DNA of 64,000 nt from Somniosus microcephalus (Eukaryota), in the NCBI GenBank assembly GCA_052327205.1, contig CM126214.1:11222001-11286000 (forward strand), given 5' to 3'. Shown in pieces: positions 24,301 to 36,034 of this stretch. Both the position numbers and the translations under genes were made by a program. The notes below the pieces were generated by a model. It was not told the origin of the DNA. It saw only the letters and a program-made list of their open reading frames with translations, and did not search any database. The stretch's first letter is position 1. Every line of letters begins with the position of its first letter.

Positions 24301-25410
24301 GTGTGTGTCTGCGAGTGTGTGTGTGTGTCTGCGAGTGTGTGTGTGTGTCTGAGTGTGTGAGTGAGTGTGTCTGAGTGTGTGTGTCTGAGTGTGTGAGTGT
24401 GTGTGTCTGTGAGTGTTTGAGTGTGTGTGTCTGTGAGTGTGTGAGTGTGTGTGTCTGAGTGTGTGAGTGAGTATCTGCGAGTGTGTGAGTGTGTGTGTCT
24501 GCGAGTGTGAGTGTGTGTGTCTGCGAGTGTGTGAGTGTGTGTGTCTGAGTGTGTGAGTGTGAGTGTCTGCGAGTGTGTGAGTGTGTGTGTCTGAGTGTGT
24601 GTGTCTGCGAGTGTGTGAGTGTGTGTGTCTGCGAGTGTGTGAGTGTGTGTGTCTGCGAGTGTGTGAGTGTGTGTGTCTGAGTGTGTGAGTGTCTGCGAGT
24701 GTGTGTGTGAGTGTCTGCGAGTGTGTGAGTGTGAGTGTCCGAGTGTGAGTGTGTGTGTCTGCGAGTGTGTGTGTCTGTGAGTATGTGAGTGTGTGTGTGT
24801 CTGTGAGTATTTGTGTATGTGTGTCTGTGAGTATTTGTGTGTGTGTGTGTGTGTGTCTGTGAGTATTTGTGTGTGTGTGTGTCTGTGATAATTGTGTGTG
24901 TGTGTGTCTGTGAGTATTTGTGTGCGTGTGTCTGTGAGTATTTGTGTGTGTGTGTGTCTGTGAGTATTTGTGTGTGTGTGTGTCTGTGAGTATTTATGTG
25001 TGTGTGTCTGTGAGTATTTATGTGTGTGTGTCTGTGAGTATTTGTGTGTGTGTGTCTGTGAGTATTTGTGTGTGTGTGTCTGTGAGTATTTATGTGTGTG
25101 TGTCTGTGAGTATTTATGTGTGTGTGTCTGTGAGTATTTGTGTGTGTGTGCCTGTGAGTATTTATGTGTGTGTGTCTGTGAGTATTTGTGTGTGTGTGTG
25201 TCTGAGTATTTATGTGTGTGTCTGTGAGTATTTGTGTGTGTGTGTGTCTGTGAGTATTTATGTGTGTGTGTCTGTGAGTATTTGTGTGTGTGTGTCTGTG
25301 AGTATTTGTGTGTGTGTATCTGTGAGTATTTGTGTGTGTGTCTGTGTGAGTGGGATTGTGCATGTGTCTGTGAGTATTTGTGTGTGTGTCTGTGTGAGTG
25401 GGAGTGTGTG
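21384..25410. repeat. Complex GT-derived micro/minisatellite with six N-gaps or more
   Basis: Units gagt(gt)nct / ctgcgagt; changes to gtgagtattt(gt)nct after about 24790. Confidence 0.95.
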
Positions 25411-25745
25411 TAATTCTACTGCAAGTGGTAACTGTGATTGATGAACAGTATTTAATGCATAAATATTCAATCATTTGATTTGAACTTTAATGCTGCCTCT
25501 GATTACGCTGATAAATTTTTAATTTGTATTTTTAATGGCGAGTTTGTGTAGTTGCACACCAGGCCCTCGAGCGAGCTCAAAGAAGGGCCGAGACACCGGC
25601 TGAGATCACAGCTGCAGGGCTGCTTACTTCGTGAAACAAAGGTCACAGGTCGGAGTCCCAGAGCTGGCCGCACCTGAGAACGAGCTGGCCTCGGCCGCGG
25701 GGGGGTTGCTGTCAATTCACAGTCAGGCTGTGAGATGACGGCCCT

Positions 25746-26238
25746 CATAGAAACATAGAAACATAGAAGATCGGAGCAGGAGTAGGCCATTCGGCCCCTC
25801 GAGCCTGTTCTGCCATTTAATGAGATCATGGCTGATCATCCAAATTCAGTACCCGGTCCCTGCCTTCTCCCCATACCCCTTGATCCCTTTAGCCTTAAAA
25901 AATATATCTAACTCCTTCTTGAATATATTTAATGAATTGGCCTCAACTGCCTTCTGTGGTAGAGAATTCCACAGGTCCACCACTCTCTGGGTGAAGTAAT
26001 TCCTCCTCATCTCAGTCCTAAATGGCTTACCCCTTATCCTTAGACTGTGACCCCTGGTTCTGGACTCCCCCGCCATCGGGAACATCCTTCCTGCATCTAG
26101 TCTGTCCAGTCCTGTTAGAATTTTATAAGTTTCAATGAGATCCTCTCTCATTCTTCTAAACTCCAGTGAATATAAGCCTAATCGACCCAATCTCTCCTCA
26201 TACGTCATTCCTGCCATCCCAGGTGTCAGTCTGGTGAA
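25746..26238 (-). mobile_element. HER1-like CR1 LINE 3' end
   Basis: FTRLTPGMAGMTYEERLGRLGLYSLEFRRMR...; (catagaaa)n tail. Confidence 0.9.
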
Positions 26239-26314
26239 AGGAGAGATTGGGGGAGCGGAGAACAGCTGTGGTAGCACACCTAAATCCTTCCGCGTTCAGC
26301 CGTCTCACCTGTCA

Positions 26315-28325
26315 GATCGTGATTTCTAACCACCCGCCCGAAAGTCGTCACCTCACAGGCCTTTATCCTGGGCCTGTTGCTGTCGTCAGCGGGATGCTCT
26401 ATTCCCTGGTAAACTGGTAGGGGGGGGTTTTGCCAACGTGCGCAGGAACCCGCCAGTGGACCGTGTTCGCGTGGGCAGAAAAAACAAATCGCAAGCTGGC
26501 ACCGAAGCTGTGCTCGCTGACCGGCATTGGCTCCCAGTCCACCGATGCCGCAAATTTAAATAAAAACAGGAAGTGCTGGGAAATACTCAACAGGTCAGGC
26601 AGCATCTGTCGGGAGAGATAAACGGATTTCACGGGGTCGGGGGGGGAGGTTTCCGGGGGGTCAGCGGGCGCAATCGGTGGTGGGTCGGGTGTGGGTTTTT
26701 TTTGACAGCGGGTCGGGACTTTCCCAAATGTCGGGTCTGTCAGTGCTGAGCAGACCCAACACGCAGTGGCGGGGGAGGCAATTAAGGTCATTATGACCTT
26801 GTTAACAGAGGATTAAGAGCTATTTTCAGCTCACCTTCAGAGTTTATCAGGTCGCCCACAGGGTCCACGCTGCTCGGGGTTCACATCAGGTAAGCAGGGC
26901 GCGTGTTGAATGGCCATGGAATCAGCTCATTACTTGACAGCTGCAAATGGTGTATAAAAGCTCCCATCTCACAGCTGTTCACTTTCCAAGCTCAGAAGCT
27001 GTGGCTTACTGTATTTGGAACACAGGTTGCAAGTGTTTGGAGCAAACTCTCGATCCAGTGTCACCTCATTGGAACAACCTCTCTCACCACTGACAGATCG
27101 CTTCTGTCATCTCAAGTTCCCCTGCCATCTATTCCATCAGCATGGGTGTGGTTTATACTCTCTCACCTTGGTCCTCAGAATCTGACCAAGATCAGCCCCA
27201 ACACCAACATCACCAGGCACACCAGCAGCACCAACAACACCAACCTTCTCCGCAATCACCTGACGCTGCACAGGACAGAGGGCATCAGCACCCGAGCACA
27301 TTGCTGTCCGGGAGGCCAGGGATGGCCTCACCATGGCCAGATTTGCTTCATTGACGCTTTACACCCTGGCTGCCACATGATGCGCCAGGTTGGCACCAAC
27401 CCACACCAACACCATGAAGCATCCCTACAATGCCCAAGCCATTCCTTTCACACTCATCACCATTGCGGGAGAAAGCGTTATGTCTCACCATTCACTGCAA
27501 CTCACTAAGCCACTTCCAAAGGTGGCAGGTTTGCCCAGCAGGTTTGAAGTGCCAAAGGAGAGAGGCCAGAGTTTCAGCAGCAGCAACATCAACAACATGC
27601 ATTTATATAGCACCTTTAACGTGATTAACAAACAAAATGTGACACTGACCCACATAAGGAGATATTAGGACAAGTGACCTTCGTCAAAGAGGTCAGTTTT
27701 AAGGAGCGTCTTAAAGGAGGAGAGAGAGGTAGAGAGGCGGTGAGGTTTAGGGAGGGAATTCCAGAGTTAGGGAAGGGCAGCTGAAGGCACGGCCGCCACT
27801 GGTAAAGCGATGGAAATCGAGTATGCACAAGAGGCCAGAATTGGAGGAGCGCAGAGATCGCGGATGGTTGTAGGAGGTTACAGAGATAGGGAGGGGGGGC
27901 GAGGCCATGGAGGGAGTTGAAAACAAGGATAAGAATTTTAATATCAAGGTGTTGCTGGACCGGGAACCAATGGAGGTCAGCGAGCACAGGGGGTGACGGG
28001 TGAACGGGACTCGGTGAGAGTTAGGAGATGGGCAGCAGAGTTTTGGATGGGCTCGAGTTTAGGGAGGGTGGGAGGCCGCAGACCGGGAAACCCGCACAGG
28101 AGTGGGTTTCTGCTGCCATTGGTTGAACGCAGGCCGGCAAATTGACACTTGCCAAATCTGCCGATGACGCAAGATCGGCACACCGGGGAATCGGTGCCAC
28201 TGCAGCAGGAAAGGAAGCTAAGTGGACAAGTCCAAGGCTTTGAGCTGCCCACTCTGTCAACTCACGGAGGAGTGTCTGGCCGCCACGAGGGAAAAGGACT
28301 GGTGGAAGGAACCGTAAATTATAAA
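26315..28325 (+). mobile_element. Probable degenerate Harbinger-related element, interrupted by Penelope and L2 fragments
   Basis: GC-rich subterminal-like sequence and a Gln/His-rich short ORF (27142) reminiscent of shark Harbinger N-termini; ends unresolved. Confidence 0.3.
27586..28075 (-). mobile_element. L2-clade LINE 3' end
   Basis: LADLHWFPVQQHLDIKILILVFNSLHGLAP. Confidence 0.85.
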
Positions 28326-28584
28326 ATAGCAGAGCCAGGGAGAACTGACAGGGTGAAGATTTAGAACATTGCAGAACATTGATGGTTTTATTTCAATTTC
28401 TTTATTTCTCTCTTGTGTGCTTGTTATGTTGACTGAAGGTCAGCCAAGGGCCGCCAAGGTTAATAAAATTCAGCGATCATTTACCTGTTTCCAGTAACTG
28501 GCAGGTAGCCATCGCTCCAAGCAGCCAGTTCGGAATAGTCACGGATTTAAAGAAAGAAAGAACTTGCATTTCTATAGCGCCTTT

Positions 28585-29115
28585 CATAGACATAAAAGAA
28601 ACATAGACATAGAAAAATAGGAGCAGGAGTAGGCCATTCGGCCCTTCGAGCCTGCTCCGCCATTCAATATGATCATGGCTGATCCTCTATCTCAATACCA
28701 TATTCCCGCTCTCTCCCCATACCTCTTGATGGCTTTTGTGTCTAGAAATCTATCTATCTCCTTCTTAAATATATTCAGTGACTTGGCCTCCACAGCCTTC
28801 TGTGGTAGAGAATTTCACAGGTTCACCACCCTCTGAGTGAAGAAATTTCTCCTCATCTCAGTCCTAAATGTCCTACCCCGTATCCTGAGACTGTGACCCC
28901 TCGTTCTAGACCCCCCAGCCAGGGGAAACATCCTCCCTGCATCCAGTCTGTCTAGCCCTGTCAGAATGTTATACTTTTCAATGAGATCCCCTCTCATTCT
29001 TCTAAACTCTAGTGAATACAGGCCTAGTCGACCCGATCTCTCCTCATACGACAGTCCTGCCATCCCAGGAATCAGCCTGGTGAACCTTCGCTGCACTCCC
29101 TCTATGGCAAGTATA
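28585..29115 (-). mobile_element. HER1-like CR1 LINE 3' end inserted in a Deu-SINE tail (28549-28587, 29116-29180)
   Basis: ILAIEGVQRRFTRLIPGMAGLSYEER...; TTCAT present at both junctions. Confidence 0.85.
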
Positions 29116-29816
29116 TTCATGACCTCGGGACGGCCCAAAGCTCTTTACAGCCAATGAAGTACTTCATGAAGTGTAGTCGCTGATACAAGGGAGCCCTGCT
29201 GTTTGCAATCAGTCTGGGTGGGGGAAGTGTTTAGCCTTGCCAGTACTCATGATTCTCCAAGGCAGTTCTGGCGCAGTGTTCAAGTGGGAGCGGAGATGAG
29301 GGGGGGTCTTGAAAATTTGCTGCATTTAATGTGAACGCTGAGCATTAAGATAATGGGGGAAAAATTCAGTTGTTTGCGCCTCCCATTAGCGCCTTAAGAG
29401 GGTGCTAATGGGGCACAAGGTAACTAGCGCCCGGGCGCGGCGATGTTTGTGTCGCTCGCGAAATTAACTAGACATTTTGCGGCGGCACTAAACACTACTG
29501 CCACGATCTCCTGCGCCGGCAGATCGTGACGTCAGTCGAGTGCTCAACGCCCTGGTAGCGCCCCGGACCGGATATTGAGTGGCGCCCCCTGCCTTACCGC
29601 CTGCCACTAGCAACGACAGGTTGAGGGGAGCGTTATGCAGTCGGGAAGGGACTAGGGGGGAGCGCTATTTAAAGGCGACCGCTTCCTGCCTTTTATTGTT
29701 GGTGACATTTTTGCACCACACATTCTGAGAGAGAGAGAGAGAGAGAGACTTCTGGAGAGATTCAACGCTGTGTGAAGGAGTTTTGAGTACTGAGCAGCAC
29801 TTTGCAGGTTCATTTT

Positions 29817-29996
29817 TGTTGTGTATGTACCTTTAAGGGAATAACTGGTCTCAGACTGCAGTACCGGCAGTGACCACCCCTGTATAAAGGGCCCTAGCAG
29901 GCTTCTGTAGTTTCAGTTTCCAGGTTGTCTCCATTCAGTAAAGACTTGTTATAATCAACTCCTGCAGTCCGTGTCTCAATTATACACAGACATAAT
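29817..29996 (+). repeat. 5' LTR of the Gypsy element
   Basis: Direct repeat of 34738-34917 with 2 substitutions by eye; TATAAA and AGTAAA inside. Confidence 0.95.
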
Positions 29997-29998
29997 AC

Positions 29999-30008
29999 TG
30001 GCGACGAG
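29999..30008 (+). other. Primer-binding site, probably tRNA-Ser(GCU)
   Basis: TGGCGACGAG is complementary to the ...CTCGTCGCCA 3' end of vertebrate tRNA-Ser(GCU). Confidence 0.7.
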
Positions 30009-30611
30009 TAAGAAACGAACTTACCTGCAACTCGGCAGCACCTCAGACGACGTTATTGAAGGTCGAAGCCAGAAGAAAGATTAAAAAAAATAATCCAAAG
30101 AAACTCGAGAAACGGCCGTCGACCATGGGCAACCGCCCTCCAAATCATCGAATTGAAAAGTGCAGGAGAGACTGTCGAGAGCCAGGCTTGGTTCTCCAGT
30201 CTGTGGTTTCCCAGCTAATCGGGCTGGTGGCAGGTAGTGCACTGATCCTTCCTGGGCTGCGGCGGGCTAGAGCTCGATCGGGTGGCTCTGCAACGGGGCC
30301 GGGCAGCGAGTCGGGAAGCAAAGAGAGAGAGAGGGTGGAGCACACAGGGCGCGGCCGGTGCTTCGAAGCCAGGCAGTGTTCGGACCTAAGAAGAGGGAGG
30401 GAAGTGTCCCAGCGGGTCCGCTCCACGACGGGAACGGTTCTTCAATTAACGGAGCAAATATTGAAGCACGATAGAAAAATAAAAATACCGCGGAGAGCGG
30501 CGTTGGCAGCAGCACTCGGGGAGGCGCGAAAACCATAGGGCGTCGCCATTACAGGATAGTAAAATAAATATAATCGCCAGCAACAGCGTTGACAGCAGCG
30601 GCAGCGGCGGG

Positions 30612-30717
30612 AAAGCGCGGGAGGCGCCATCTTAACTTGGCGGGGAAGAAGGAAAAGCGCGGGAGGCGCCATTTTGATCCATCGGGGACGAAGGCAAAGC
30701 GCGGGAGGTGCCATCTT
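30612..30717 (+). repeat. Three-copy 42-bp-period repeat in the Gypsy leader
   Basis: aaagcgcgggagg(c/t)gccat(c/t)tt at 30612, 30654 and 30696. Confidence 0.9.
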
Positions 30718-30727
30718 AGATTTCAAG

Positions 30728-31570
30728 ATGCCAAAGACTGGTGATATCACTGCCTTCGATAATGCAATAGAAGACTGGACCACGTATGTGGAAAGAGTCG
30801 AGGTATATTGCGAGGCAAACGAAATAGCCGATGAGAAAAAGGCATCGGTATTGCTAAATTTAATGGGCGCAAGAACGTACGGCCTATTGCGGGACCTGAT
30901 TACTCCAGCCAAACCGAAGGCGAAGAGTTTTAACGAAATTGTTGCTATCCTACAGGAACACCTAAATCCTACACCGCTGCTGATAGCAGAAAGATTTAAA
31001 TTCCACAGGAGAAATCAGCATAAAAATGAGAGCAATGCTGATTACCTTACGGAACTACGCAAGCTATCAAAGCACTGCCAGTTCGGAGCAGGACTGGCAG
31101 ATACCTTACGGGACAAATTTGTCTGTGGACTCCTGAGTGAAGGAACCCAGAAGAGGTTACTCTCAGAGAAAGAGCTGACGCTAGATAAGGCTTTCAGCGT
31201 GGCAGTATCGTACGAAGCAGCAGCAAGGGGAGCTGCGGAAATACAACAAAAGCCACAGGAATACGGCACCCACGAAATGACACGGGGATTTGCCAAATGT
31301 TATCGCTGCGGCAGAACAAACCATGGCCAGAAGGACTGCTGGTCCAAGGACAAAATATGCAGGCAATGCGGAAAGATGGGACACATTGCACGAGTTTGCA
31401 GGTCTGGGAAGAAGACCAACGACAACAAAAAGGCTACTAAGGAACCGTACAGGAAAGTACAAAAGATGACGGACAGTAGTTCCGAAGACCAGATGAGCGA
31501 TAGTGAATCCGGGAACAAGAGACTAAGCTGTCTCAAACTTCACAACGTAATCGCAAAAGAGGATCACTGA
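30728..31570 (+). CDS. gag: Gypsy Gag with two CCHC zinc knuckles
   Basis: MPKTGDITAFD...WTTYVER...LRDKFVCGL...CYRCGRTNHGQKDC, CRQCGKMGHIARVC. Confidence 0.9.
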   Translation: MPKTGDITAFDNAIEDWTTYVERVEVYCEANEIADEKKASVLLNLMGARTYGLLRDLITPAKPKAKSFNEIVAILQEHLNPTPLLIAERFKFHRRNQHKNESNADYLTELRKLSKHCQFGAGLADTLRDKFVCGLLSEGTQKRLLSEKELTLDKAFSVAVSYEAAARGAAEIQQKPQEYGTHEMTRGFAKCYRCGRTNHGQKDCWSKDKICRQCGKMGHIARVCRSGKKTNDNKKATKEPYRKVQKMTDSSSEDQMSDSESGNKRLSCLKLHNVIAKEDH

Positions 31571-34500
31571 ACCATTTGGGTCACCCTCACGATAGCAGGG
31601 TCCCAAGTCAAAATGGAATTGGATACAGGATCAGCTCTAACCGTCATGAATCGACGAGACTACGAGCGGCTATTCTCACACATACCCTTGAGAGAGACAT
31701 CCATCGTCTTGAGGACGTATACGGGGCAAAAAGTATACCCCAGTGGAAAAATAAGGGTGCCTGTCGAATACAACGGCAAGAAAATACGGAAATTGTATCT
31801 CTACATTCTGCAAGATGGTGGACCACCGTTATTGGGACGTGAATGGATCAGAAAGATAAGTTTAGACTGGCACTCCATTCAGGCACTGACGGTGGCTGGT
31901 AAAAAGGATGACGACGCCACTCCTGGACGATTGTCAACAATCTTAGCTGACGCCAAAGAGGTATTTCAACAAGAACTGGGCACTCTTAAAGGTGTAACCG
32001 CCTCGATAAAAATAGAGGAGAATGCAATTCCCAAGTTTTTCAAAGCAAGACCGGTACCATATGCAATTCGCCCAGCAGTTGAGGCAGAGCTGGAGAATCT
32101 GGAGAATGCAGGCGTGTTATCTAAGGTAGACTGGAGCGAGTGGGCGACACCCATCGTTCCTGTCATGAAGAAAATGTTGAACAATAAGTCTGAGGAGCCA
32201 AGGAAGGTTCGCATCTGTGGGGACTTCAAGGTGATGGTGAACCCAGTATCTGGAGGGAAGCATTTTACAAAAATTGACCTAGCACAAGCATATTTGCAGA
32301 TGGAGGTTGAAGAATCCTCTAGGAAGTATCTCACGATAAACACTCACAAAGGCCTTTACCAGTATAATCGACTGGTATTCGGAGTAGCATCAGCTCCGGC
32401 GATATGGCAAAGAGCGATGGAACAAGTCCTGCAAGGGATTCCAGGGACTCAGTGTTACTTGGACGACATCCTAGTGACAGGTGAAGATGACAGTGAACAC
32501 CTTGCCAACCTAGAGCAGGTGCTCACTAGACTACGTGAACATGGGCTACAAGCCAATCGCCCCAAGTGCGAGTTTTTTAAGAAACAGATATCGTATTGTG
32601 GCCACGTGATTGATGAAGAGGGGTTGCATAAGTCCCCTGACAAAATTGAAGCGGTAGTTAAGGCTCCAGCGCCTGAAAATGTGTCGCAACTGAGGTCATT
32701 CCTCGGATTGGTGAATTACTACCATAAGTTTTTGCCGAATTTGTCCACAATTCTGCATCCACTGAACACCCTACTACGAACGGGAGTAGCATGGAAATGG
32801 AGCGATGAATGTAAGTGGGCCTTTCAGAAGAGTAAGGACCTAATCACTTCAAGAGAAGTATTGGCTCACTACAACCCATCACTACCGATAAGACTGGCGT
32901 GTGATGCGTCTCCCTACGGCATTGGGGCGGTACTGTCACATAAATTCCTTGATGGCTCAGAGAGGCCGATAGCTTTTGCGTCACGCTCGTTAACTTCAGC
33001 CGAGCGTAACTACGCCCAGATTGACAGAGAGGCCCTCAGCCTGGTGTGGGGGGTGAAGAAGTTCAATCACTACCTGCACGGTCAGAAATTTACTCTACTA
33101 ACTGATCATCAACCTCTCGTCTCCATTTTCAACCCTCAGAAGGGCGTACCGATAATGACGGCACAATGGCTACAGAGGTGGTCCCTTTTCCTAGGGGCAC
33201 ACCAATATGACATCGAGTACAAAGGAACTAAACAGCATGGGAATGCTGATGGATTGTCGCGCCTACCATTGCCGACGGTGGAAGAAGAACTGGCAGTGGA
33301 TCCAGTGGAGTTATTCCACTCGACTATAGTCGAATGTCTCCCTGTGACGAATGCAAACATAGAAAAGGAAACACGAAATGACCCGACACTCTCCTGGGTC
33401 TATGATTTAACGGTGAAGGGATGGCCAGCACATGGCGAACCACTGCTGCCAGCATTCTCGCCGAGAAGAGAACAGCTGTCAGTGTGCAGAGGAACCTTGA
33501 TGTGTGGATCCAGAGTAGTAGTTCCACCCAAATTGAAGGATAGAGTGCTCAATGAGCTTCATGAGGGTCATCTGGGAGGGGTAAAAATGAAGAACTTAGC
33601 CAGAGCGTTTGTGTGGTGGCCGGGAATCGATAGAGAAATCGAAGAGATGACCAAGAGCTGTACAGGATGCCAGAAGGTCCAAAACGCCCCACCACAAGCC
33701 CTTCTACATCCATGGGAGTGGCCCTCATCTCCATGGCAAAGGGTGCACATTGATTTTGCTGGTCCCTTTATGGACTCGATGTTTTTAATTGCGGTGGATG
33801 CACATTCAAAGTGGCCAGAGGTAATAAAAATGTCCTGAACCACCACAGAAAAAACTATCACAGTCTTACGAACCATACTCGCCAGGAATGGGCTGCCTGA
33901 ACAGATTTGCTCTGACAATGGACCACAGTTTGTGTCTGAAGAGTTCCGGAGGTTCTTAAAGAACAATGGTGTTAAGCATTACACATCCGCCCCATATCAT
34001 CCAGCCACTAATGGATTGGCTGAGAGGTTTGTTCAAACATTCAAGAAGGCTATCAAGGCAATGTGTAATGAAGATATACCCCTACAACACAAGGTGGATA
34101 ACTTCTTGTTTGCCTACCGGAATGCGACACATGCGGTTACCAACCAAACTCCAGCCATGATGTTCTTCAATCGAAGACTACGATGCCACTTGGATTTGGT
34201 TAAGCCAAACGTCAGAAGAGATGTGGAGAACAGACAGTTTCAGAATATGAATGAAAGGCCGACCAGGAGTTTTAAGATAGGTCAACCAGTTTTGGCCCGG
34301 GACTACCGCACAGAGAAATGGCAGCCAGGAATGATCTGTACACGGCAAGGACCTCTAATGTATACCGTGGATGTGGAGAGAGCATTGTAAGATGCCATGC
34401 TGACCAGATTCTAGAGTCACTGGAAAACGTCAACTCCACACCACGATCTGATATACCTGGCGATGAAACCGAAGTACCAATTGCATCTACCGCAGATTCG

Positions 34501-34629
34501 GTGATATTGGAAGCAGACGAACCAAACAACGACATTGATCCCGACTCAACCTTGCCAGAAGAACCTGATATCCCAAAGAGGCATTATCCAGACAGAATCA
34601 GGAAGCCTCCTCAAAGACTGAACTTATAA
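31571..34629 (+). pseudogene. pol: Gypsy Pol (protease, RT, RNase H, integrase), disrupted
   Basis: LDTGS, YLDD, CDAS...TDH, HHCC (HEGH...CTGC), IDFAGP/SDNG/NGLAER; same frame as gag; TGA at 33836-33838, apparent frameshift near 34388, in-frame deletion near 32248. Confidence 0.93.
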
Positions 34630-34723
34630 TTGCTTAACTTCAACCAATGTATCTAGCAACCGTAATTGTAATTGTAATTAGTTATTATTTAGTTGTTAAA
34701 TGAATGTTATGTACTGTTTATCT

Positions 34724-34736
34724 AAAAGGGGAGGAA
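34724..34736 (+). other. Polypurine tract
   Basis: aaaaggggaggaa just upstream of the 3' LTR. Confidence 0.9.
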
Positions 34737-34737
34737 T

Positions 34738-34917
34738 TGTTGTGTATGTACCTTTAAGGGAATAACTGGTCTCAGACTGCAGTACCGGCAGTGACCACCC
34801 CTGTATAAAAGGCCCTAGCAGGCTTCTGTAGTTTCAGTTTCCAGGTTGTCTCCATTCAGTAAAGACTTGTTATAATCAACTCCTGCAGTCCGTGTCTCAA
34901 TTATACACGGACATAAT
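34738..34917 (+). repeat. 3' LTR of the Gypsy element
   Basis: Direct repeat of 29817-29996. Confidence 0.95.
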
Positions 34918-35283
34918 CATTTTGATTTGCCCTTCCTTGCTTCACCAGTGCTCTGAGGTAGCGCCTCGCTCCTCGGCCTTTGCGCCTTAAGACAGGTGTG
35001 CAGCGCCTGATTTAGCGCTCCAATCACCTCCAGGGGCGATAGAAGCCAAGTTTGCCGTCGGAGGCGATAATTAGCACCAGGTGCTAAACTTTGCACACGG
35101 CTGATAATGGCGCCCCAAAACGGGGCGATTCTGAATTTTTCCCCAGTGTATTAGCAACTGGCCTTGTGTACAGGACTGGCTGCAGCACTTTTTTCAAAGT
35201 CCATTTAAAAAAAAATATAATCTTTGTTTTTATTCTATAATCTTCACAACTCAAGCTGAGCATCACCTAAACACTACCATCCT

Positions 35284-35440
35284 GGCCAAGAATTTCCTCG
35301 GAGTTGTTCCTGCTGCATGACCGTAACTTTGCCAGTAGTGTGGCAGAAAGGCCCCCCCCCGCCTGTAAATGAGGTTTCCGTCGCACTGCCGGTCAAGTTA
35401 TGATGTTGGAGCGGAAGCAGCTCCCAGGAACTTCCTTGCC
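35284..35440. mobile_element. Short degenerate palindromic MITE
   Basis: ggccaagaatttcct ... aggaacttccttgcc with further internal complementarity. Confidence 0.4.
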
Positions 35441-35695
35441 CTTGCCTTGCCTCCTACTTATTCCAGCCAATGGCAGCGGCCCAAGGCCCTTCCGCGGTTT
35501 CCTCAATTCAGATGGTAATTAAAGAGGGACCTCATTCTGAAAATGAAGTGGTGACAAAGAACTAAGATTAACATTCACGTCTTTTTTCTGTGCCCTGCTC
35601 TTGAGTCTGAGAGTGTGAGGGATCTAAACTCGCATTTTCAGATATTCGGTCACTGAACTCTAATTAGTACAGGCCCTGATTTGGGCTGACTCTCA

Positions 35696-35932
35696 GGTTG
35701 CCAACTCTGGTTGGATGTATTCCTGAAGGTTACATCGCATGACCTCCCGCCTCCTCCTAGTTAAACGGGCCTTCTCCAATATTTTTATAATTGATAAACG
35801 AAAATGAAAAAACCCACTTTTTTTTTAATGTTCCTATGATGTTACTCCTGGGTTTTGCTGGCAACAATTTCCTGGAGATCAGTCTTTAATCCCTGGAGAC
35901 TCCAGGGCAATCCTGGCAGGTTGGGAACCCTA
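35696..35932. mobile_element. hAT (Blackjack-like) MITE
   Basis: aggttgccaac ... gttgggaacccta; homologous to 9842-10482. Confidence 0.6.
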
Positions 35933-36034
35933 GCTAACTCTTCATGTTCTGTCCTATATCTCGTTCAATGCCGATGGGGTTTATCAGCAACTGCCCCTCT
36001 TCCACAATACTTCCACCATCAATGAAGGCTCTTT

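Larger units (their letters stand above)
29817..34917 (+). mobile_element. Full-length Ty3/Gypsy LTR retrotransposon (disabled)
   Basis: Two 180-bp LTRs, PBS, PPT, gag-PR-RT-RH-IN order, host CATTTT duplicated at both sides. Confidence 0.97.
29355..35144. mobile_element. Non-autonomous Harbinger-type element split by Gypsy (parts 29355-29816 and 34918-35144)
   Basis: TIRs ggggaaaaattcag / ctgaatttttcccc; reverse complement of 2182-3021. Confidence 0.85.

Noticed and set aside
24790-25340. Regular gtgagtattt repeats resembling a CRISPR array or splice-donor array
   Set aside because: Spacers are just (GT)n, there are no cas genes and the context is eukaryotic; it is a minisatellite
21566-25474. 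1302-aa His/Thr-rich ORF and Cys/Val-rich plus-strand ORFs
   Set aside because: Translation of a GT/CA satellite across N gaps; not a gene
26903-27508. 201-aa ORF
   Set aside because: Low-complexity CAC/CAG-rich sequence within a probable decayed transposon; no domain recognised
30056-30538. 160-aa ORF in the Gypsy leader
   Set aside because: Non-ATG start, no recognisable domain, GC/purine-rich UTR
34318-34629. Separate env-like or accessory ORF after integrase
   Set aside because: It reads as the frameshifted integrase C-terminal tail (RCHADQI...RIRKPPQRL), typical of this Gypsy group
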